Assembly: GCA_965248055.1 (NCBI GenBank)
Contig: CBDFIJ010000004.1
Span: forward strand, 1,440,001-1,504,000
DNA: 64,000 nucleotides
Origin: Candidatus Multivoradales bacterium
GTDB lineage: Bacteria; Acidobacteriota; Thermoanaerobaculia; Multivoradales; JAHEKO01
Direction: 5' to 3'
The first letter of the stretch is position 1. Each line of letters starts with the position of its first letter. The translations under genes and the position numbers were made by a program. The notes beneath the pieces are model-generated. The model did no database searches, was not told the origin of the DNA, and saw only the letters and a list, made by a program, of their open reading frames with translations. Positions 58,921 to 64,000 of this stretch are shown here, piece after piece.

Positions 58921-60087
58921 TTACGCCGGCTCGCTGCTAAGAATCTTGCGAGCGATTACCAATCTCTGCACTTCACTGGCACCTTCATAGATCCTCAGCG
59001 CTCGCACTGCGCGATACAGGCGTTCCACTGGATTACCCAGCAGAACTCCTTTGCCACCCAGGATCTGCACCGCCTGATCGACGATTTTCTGAGCAGCTTC
59101 GGTAGCGAACAGCTTGGCTTGTGAGGACGCCAAGGTGTTCGGCTCTTGGGTGTCGGCCAACCAAGCAGCCCGGTAGACCAAAAGTCTTGCCGCCTCCAGT
59201 TCCGTCGCCATGTCGGCGATCTTCGCTTGGATGAGTTGAAACTGGGCCAGCGGCTGGCCGAATTGCTCTCTGCTACGAGCATGAGCAACCGCTTCGTCGA
59301 GAGCCCGCGCAGCCATGCCGCAGGCTGCAGCGGCGACCGTGGGTCGCAATAGGTCGAGGGTCTGCATCCCGATGCCAAATCCTTCACCCTCGCCACCGAT
59401 TCGTTGGGTCACCGGAACCCGGCATTCTTGGAACGCCAGGGTGCCCAAGGGATGCGGTTCGGCCAACTGTTGCGGTTCGACAAAGTTACAGCCAGGGGTG
59501 CCGGCAGGGATCAGCAAACAACTGATCTCAGCGCGGCCATCTGACCTCTCTTCGGTGCGGACGAAGGTGGTGTAGAAATCGGCGATCCCGGCGTTGGAAA
59601 TGAATGTCTTATGGCCGTTGACCAGATAGTCATCGCCGTCACGAACCGCAGTCGTCTGTAGCGAGGAAACGTCGCTCCCGGCTTCGGGCTCGGTCATCGC
59701 GAAAGCGGCGATTGCTTCGCCCGAGGTGACCGCCGAAAACCACTGGCTTCTTTGATCTTCGGTTCCGGCCAGCAAGATCGGTCGAGAGCCCAGGGCCTGC
59801 AGAGCAAAAACCGCGTCTGCCAAAGGCGAGTAGTAAGCCAACCGCTCCCGGATCAGGCAACACGATCGTAAGGCTTGGTCGGTGGTTGCCAGCGCCGCGT
59901 CGAGCACCCCGGCGGCGCCCAGGCGCGACGCCATTTCACGGGCCAAGGATCGAGCCTGGTCGTCACTGCCAGCGTGGTTGGTGTCGAGCCACGAAGCCAG
60001 AGTCTCCACACGTTCGACCCAGGCTGGATCGACCCCTTCTAGGAATGGATTGGCGTCAAGTGTTGGCAACGGCAGATCTTCAAGCAT
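58921..60087 (-). CDS. Acyl-CoA dehydrogenase
   Basis: AFAMTEPEAGSD, GHKTFISNAG, REQFGQPL, VQILGG, LRIYEGASEVQ. Confidence 0.95.
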   Translation of the reverse strand: MLEDLPLPTLDANPFLEGVDPAWVERVETLASWLDTNHAGSDDQARSLAREMASRLGAAGVLDAALATTDQALRSCCLIRERLAYYSPLADAVFALQALGSRPILLAGTEDQRSQWFSAVTSGEAIAAFAMTEPEAGSDVSSLQTTAVRDGDDYLVNGHKTFISNAGIADFYTTFVRTEERSDGRAEISCLLIPAGTPGCNFVEPQQLAEPHPLGTLAFQECRVPVTQRIGGEGEGFGIGMQTLDLLRPTVAAAACGMAARALDEAVAHARSREQFGQPLAQFQLIQAKIADMATELEAARLLVYRAAWLADTQEPNTLASSQAKLFATEAAQKIVDQAVQILGGKGVLLGNPVERLYRAVRALRIYEGASEVQRLVIARKILSSEPA

Positions 60088-60107
60088 GGGGGTGGGCGAT
60101 CAACAAA

Positions 60108-60179
60108 TCATTCAAACTGTGGGCTCCGCTGTTATTCAAACCGTGGGCTTCGCTGTTATTCAAACTGAGGGATTCGCTT
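60108..60179. repeat. Three tandem 24-bp units duplicating the 3' end and stop codon of the enoyl-CoA hydratase gene
   Basis: TCATTCAAACTGTGGGCTCCGCTG / TTATTCAAACCGTGGGCTTCGCTG / TTATTCAAACTGAGGGATTCGCTT. Confidence 0.85.
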
Positions 60180-60953
60180 GGCAACGAAGGCATCGTAGGC
60201 TTCGCGAAAATCGGGTTCTTCCATCAACTCGGCTTGAATCGAGGTTTCCTCAGCCATCGCGGTTTGATAATCGAGAACTTGCTCCCGAAGCAGCATCTTC
60301 TTGGTTACCTCAAGGCCCCGCTTGGGTCCCCGAGCTAACGCGGCGGCGATCGACAAGGCTTCGCCCAGCACCAAGCCGTCCTCGACCACCCGGTTGTAGA
60401 GGCCGATGCGGTGCGCTTCCTCTGCGGTGATGAAATCACCGGTGAGTAACAACTCACTAGCGTGACCCAAGCCGACAATGCGGGGGAGCAGCCAAGATAT
60501 CCCCATATCGGCCCCAGAGAGCCCGACCTTGGTGAACAAAAAGGCGACCTTGGCACTCATCGCGGCGACCCGAATGTCACAAGCGCTAGCGATCACCGCT
60601 CCGGCGCCCGCGGTGGTGCCATTGATGGCGCCGACAATCGGACGACGGCAGCGCAGCATGTTGAGGATCAACTCGCCAGTGGTCTGCGTAAACTCCAATA
60701 GCCCCGCCGAGTCGCGCTCAAACAGTGCCCCGATGATGTCCTCAACATCGCCCCCGGAGCTAAAAGCTTTGCCGGCCCCAGTAATGACGATCGCCGCAAC
60801 GCCTGGCTCTTGGTCCAACTGAGCAAAGGTATCGGTGAGTTCGCGGTAAACCTCAAAGGTTAGAGCGTTAAGACGCTTGGGCCGGTTGAGGGTAATGGTG
60901 GCGACCTCAGTCTCTGCATCTAAGGAATAGAGAAATGATTTGGGGTCGATCAT
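60156..60953 (-). CDS. Enoyl-CoA hydratase/isomerase family protein
   Basis: LNRPKRLNALT, FSSGGDV, AGAGAVIA, KVGLSGADMG, EAHRIGLYN. Confidence 0.93.
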   Translation of the reverse strand: MIDPKSFLYSLDAETEVATITLNRPKRLNALTFEVYRELTDTFAQLDQEPGVAAIVITGAGKAFSSGGDVEDIIGALFERDSAGLLEFTQTTGELILNMLRCRRPIVGAINGTTAGAGAVIASACDIRVAAMSAKVAFLFTKVGLSGADMGISWLLPRIVGLGHASELLLTGDFITAEEAHRIGLYNRVVEDGLVLGEALSIAAALARGPKRGLEVTKKMLLREQVLDYQTAMAEETSIQAELMEEPDFREAYDAFVAKRIPQFE

Positions 60954-61432
60954 GGGGTCGAGTCCTCAGCGAGCCCAGTACCGTCTTCAGGCCCAGTACC
61001 GTCTTCAGGCCCAGTACCCTTTTCAGGCCCTGCTTTCTCGACAATCACTGCCGTCGCTTCGATCTCCAACAGGGCGCCTGACTCCACCAACCCCGACACT
61101 TCCACCAGCGCCATGGCCGGAAAGTGCCGCCCCATGCGCGATCGGTAGACCTCACCCAAAGGCTTCAAGTTGTCCAGGTAGTCGGCACGATCGGTGACAT
61201 ACACGGTGAGTCGTACGATGCTTTCAGCAACTCCTCCGGCAGCGTCGACCACGATCAACGCATTGGCCAGCGCCCGATCGAATTGGCGGACAAACCCCTC
61301 CGCGACCGCACCGTCCGGATGATCGCCGATCTGTCCTGCTACATAGAGTGTGCGACCCAAAGGGGCCAATACACCATGGGAAAAGCCTTTGGGAGCACCC
61401 AGTTGCTGAGGATTGATGAGGGTCGATTTCAA
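60950..61432 (-). CDS. RidA/YjgF family protein with a C-terminal tandem repeat
   Basis: PKGFSHG, YVAGQIG, HFPAMALVEVSGL, LEIEATA; tail (GPE[K/D]GT)x3 from 18-bp units; TTG start overlapping the SDR stop. Confidence 0.88.
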   Translation of the reverse strand: MKSTLINPQQLGAPKGFSHGVLAPLGRTLYVAGQIGDHPDGAVAEGFVRQFDRALANALIVVDAAGGVAESIVRLTVYVTDRADYLDNLKPLGEVYRSRMGRHFPAMALVEVSGLVESGALLEIEATAVIVEKAGPEKGTGPEDGTGPEDGTGLAEDSTP

Positions 61433-62217
61433 GCTTGTACCCCTCCGCCATCGAGCACGATCGCCTGGGCGTTGATTCCTTGCGCTTGCTCCTCGCACAA
61501 ACAAGCCACCAGATAGGCGACTTCACTGGGTTCCATCAACCGCCCCTGCGGACTGGCCTGGTCCATGTGCTGGCGCACTTTGTCTTCCACCATTCCGGTT
61601 TTCTCCATGATCCGGGCCACCGACAATTCGGTCATCGAGGTGTCAACGTAGCCCGGACAAACCGCGTTGACCGTCACCCCGCTCTTGGCGAACTCTGCTC
61701 CCAAGGCTCGGGTCAAACCGACCACTGCGTGTTTGCTGGCCGCGTAGGCGGAGATGTAGGGCGCTCCCACCCGACCGGCAATCGAGGCGATGTTGACCAC
61801 CCTGCCCCATCCTTGTTCCACCATCTGCGGCACAATCGCCTGAGTACAAAGCATGGTACCGGTGACATTGACGGCGAAAACCCGTTCCCAGTCGGCGAGC
61901 TCTATTGCCCGCAACGGCGCTGAAGGGGCAAACCCAGCATTGTTGACCAAAATTTGTACCGACCCCACCAGCTCTTGAGCTCGCTGGGCTAATGCTGCCA
62001 CCTGCTGGGAATCTGAAACATCGCACCGCACCGCGTGGGCGTCGCAGCCAGCAGAACGTAACTCCTGCGCTACAGCTTCAATCTGCTCCGCAGAACGAGC
62101 GCTGACGACAACGCGAGTTCCGCGTTGAGCCAGAGCGGTTGCCACCGCCGCCCCGATGCCGCGACCACCTCCGGTGACTACCGCTCCTTTTCCGCTTAAC
62201 GAAATCTCGTTCGACAT
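61429..62217 (-). CDS. Short-chain dehydrogenase/reductase (3-hydroxyacyl-CoA dehydrogenase-like)
   Basis: TGGGRGIG, NNAG, YAASKH, NAVCPGYVDT. Confidence 0.93.
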   Translation of the reverse strand: MSNEISLSGKGAVVTGGGRGIGAAVATALAQRGTRVVVSARSAEQIEAVAQELRSAGCDAHAVRCDVSDSQQVAALAQRAQELVGSVQILVNNAGFAPSAPLRAIELADWERVFAVNVTGTMLCTQAIVPQMVEQGWGRVVNIASIAGRVGAPYISAYAASKHAVVGLTRALGAEFAKSGVTVNAVCPGYVDTSMTELSVARIMEKTGMVEDKVRQHMDQASPQGRLMEPSEVAYLVACLCEEQAQGINAQAIVLDGGGVQA

Positions 62218-62264
62218 GCTCGAACGTTAGGGGTGGGCGAAGGGGGTGTCAAGCAGTCTTGGCG

Positions 62265-62336
62265 GGGGACACTGTTTCTTTGCCAAGGGGACACAATTTG
62301 TGGGCAGGGGACACAATCTCTATTGTGTCCCCTGCC
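62265..62336. repeat. REP-like GGGGACAC cluster 2 with a perfect 15-bp hairpin
   Basis: GGGGACAC three times; GGCAGGGGACACAAT-CTCT-ATTGTGTCCCCTGCC at 62303-62336. Confidence 0.8.
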
Positions 62337-62371
62337 TCCTCCGTTGGGTCTCCAGGTTAAGATCCCCGACC

Positions 62372-63676
62372 ATGACCGATGCACCCTCCTCGGTAAAAAA
62401 ACGCGAGATCTTTGGCTGGGCGATGTTCGACTTCGCCAACTCGAGCTACACCACGATCATCATTACGGTTGCCTTTAGCATCTATTTCACCAAGTTCATC
62501 GCTACCGGCGCCAAAGCGGACGTTTGGTGGGGGACCGGCATCTTGATCACCAACGTAGTTGTACTGCTGTTGGCTCCGGTGCTGGGAGCCATTGCTGATG
62601 GGTCTGGGCGGAAGAAACAATTTCTCTTTCTTTCGTACGTCGTTTGCGTGTTGGGAACGGCAGGTCTCTACTTTGCGGTTCCTGGCGCGTTGGTTTTGTC
62701 GATCGCCCTCGTAGTCATTTCAAATATCGGTTTCGTTGCCGGAGAGAATTTCGCAGGGGCATTTCTGCCCGAGTTGTCGACGCCAGACAATGTTGGTCGG
62801 GTCTCCGCTGTTGGTTGGGGAATCGGCTACTTCGGTGGTTTAGCTTCGCTTTTGTTGGTGCGCCCCTTACTGGGAGGTATGAACCTAGACGCCGGTGTGT
62901 TGACCGCCCCCGAAAACGCTTCAGCATTCGCTCAGGTGCGCTTTGCCTGGGTGATCACCGCGATCTTTTTTGCCATCGCTGCGATTCCCACCTTCGTGTT
63001 TCTCCGTGAGCGCGCTCCGCGGGGCAACCAACCTCTCACAACCTACGTCTCTACCGGTTTCAGTCGCTTGCGCCGCACCGCCAAATCCGTGCGCCAGTTT
63101 CGACAACTGGTCCGCTTCTTGTCTGTCTACTTCGTGTACCACGTGGGTCTGACCGCAGTGATCGCCTTCGCCGGAGTCATCTACGAACGCACCTTTGGAT
63201 TTACTGCCAGCGAGATTGTGACCCTGTTCATCGGCCTGCAATTTGCCTCGGCAGGCGGTGCCTGGGCGTTTGGTTTTGTTCAAGATCGCCTGGGAAGCCA
63301 GCGCACGATTCAAGCGGTGCTGCTGCTTTGGATCTTGGCTTGCGTCGGCATCTACTTCGCGAATAACCGATTCCACTACTGGGTCATCGCGGTTATCGCC
63401 GGCATCGGGATTGGCGGTTTGCAAACCGCATCTCGAGCCATGGTGGGCTTGATGTCTCCTCCAGCCAAAGCCGGAGAATTCTTTGGCTTTTGGGGAATGG
63501 TGTCGCGCGGTGCATACGCCATCGGACCGCTGATTTTCGGCCAGATTGCCAGCGCCACGGGATCCCACCGTACCGCGATGCTCAGCCTGTCGGCGGTGTT
63601 TCTGATCGGCTTGATCGGCATGAATTGGGTCAATGAGGCCGACGGACGAAGAGCCGCCGAACAATGGGTGGACTAA
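62372..63676 (+). CDS. MFS transporter (UMF1/Atg22-like)
   Basis: WAMFDFANSSY, GAIADGSGRKK, AFLPEL, GWGIGYFGG, GEFFGF; about 12 TM. Confidence 0.9.
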   Translation: MTDAPSSVKKREIFGWAMFDFANSSYTTIIITVAFSIYFTKFIATGAKADVWWGTGILITNVVVLLLAPVLGAIADGSGRKKQFLFLSYVVCVLGTAGLYFAVPGALVLSIALVVISNIGFVAGENFAGAFLPELSTPDNVGRVSAVGWGIGYFGGLASLLLVRPLLGGMNLDAGVLTAPENASAFAQVRFAWVITAIFFAIAAIPTFVFLRERAPRGNQPLTTYVSTGFSRLRRTAKSVRQFRQLVRFLSVYFVYHVGLTAVIAFAGVIYERTFGFTASEIVTLFIGLQFASAGGAWAFGFVQDRLGSQRTIQAVLLLWILACVGIYFANNRFHYWVIAVIAGIGIGGLQTASRAMVGLMSPPAKAGEFFGFWGMVSRGAYAIGPLIFGQIASATGSHRTAMLSLSAVFLIGLIGMNWVNEADGRRAAEQWVD

Positions 63677-63696
63677 GCAGTGGGTGGACTGATTCC

Positions 63697-64000
63697 TTGC
63701 GCCTAGCCGACCGTGTGTTGCGGGGTCTTGCCCGTGGTGCGATCTCCACCTTCTACCGCAAGATTCAAGTTCTCGACGCGGAGCGGATACCCGCCACCGG
63801 CCCGCTAATCTTTGTTGGCAATCACGGCAACGGTCTGATCGATCCAGCCTTAGCTATGGGCTACTTGCCACCTACTGTGCGATTCCTGGGCAAAGCGACC
63901 CTGTGGAAGCATCCTGTAGTCGGTCCGTTCATGCGTTTGGCTGGCGCGATTCCGATTCAGCGCCCCAACGACCCGGGTGCGAATATGGCGCGCAATCAAG
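63697..64000 (+). CDS. Lysophospholipid/glycerol acyltransferase, runs off the window edge
   Basis: Manual translation: ERIPATGPLIFVGNHGNGLIDP (NHxxxxD), RFLGKATLW, GAIPIQR. Confidence 0.85.
   Translation, partial: MRLADRVLRGLARGAISTFYRKIQVLDAERIPATGPLIFVGNHGNGLIDPALAMGYLPPTVRFLGKATLWKHPVVGPFMRLAGAIPIQRPNDPGANMARNQ

Noticed and set aside
60108-60179. 24-bp repeats read as a mini-CRISPR
   Set aside because: The units are contiguous with no spacers and copy the end of the adjacent gene

Overview
High-GC bacterial chromosomal window. Gene content suggests an Acidobacteriota-like organism (inference only). In order: (1) 2.3-9.0 kb, a b6f-like Rieske/cytochrome b operon with a split cytochrome b, an octaheme cytochrome c and a cupredoxin-like lipoprotein; (2) 14.9-28.6 kb, an alternative complex III (actABCDEF plus actG-like) / SCO / A2-type caa3 oxidase operon under a perfect Rex/CRP-type palindrome; (3) 28.8-34.8 kb, an uncharacterised module of a sulfotransferase, two alkaline-phosphatase-superfamily proteins, a small 'LGY-tail' protein and a possibly EMC3/DUF106-like membrane protein; (4) a trypsin-like protease next to a lipoprotein that copies its N-terminal domain; (5) 41.3-53.8 kb, a mosaic island with two direct copies of an HUH/Y1 (RAYT-like) transposase enclosing gene fragments (orphan Rhs tip and immunity gene, IS5 and IS3 remnants, CHASE2-TM-TIR) whose junctions carry a recurring 25-bp element-end motif, followed by an intact IS5 and an integron with two cassettes; (6) 53.9-62.2 kb, an abm-like (amino)benzoyl-CoA catabolic cluster with a split monooxygenase/reductase. 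Three ORF-preserving palindromic mini-elements sit at stop codons inside the respiratory operons. No rRNA, tRNA or CRISPR array was seen. All calls are by-eye motif recognition; no database searches were run, and adjusted start codons are best guesses.
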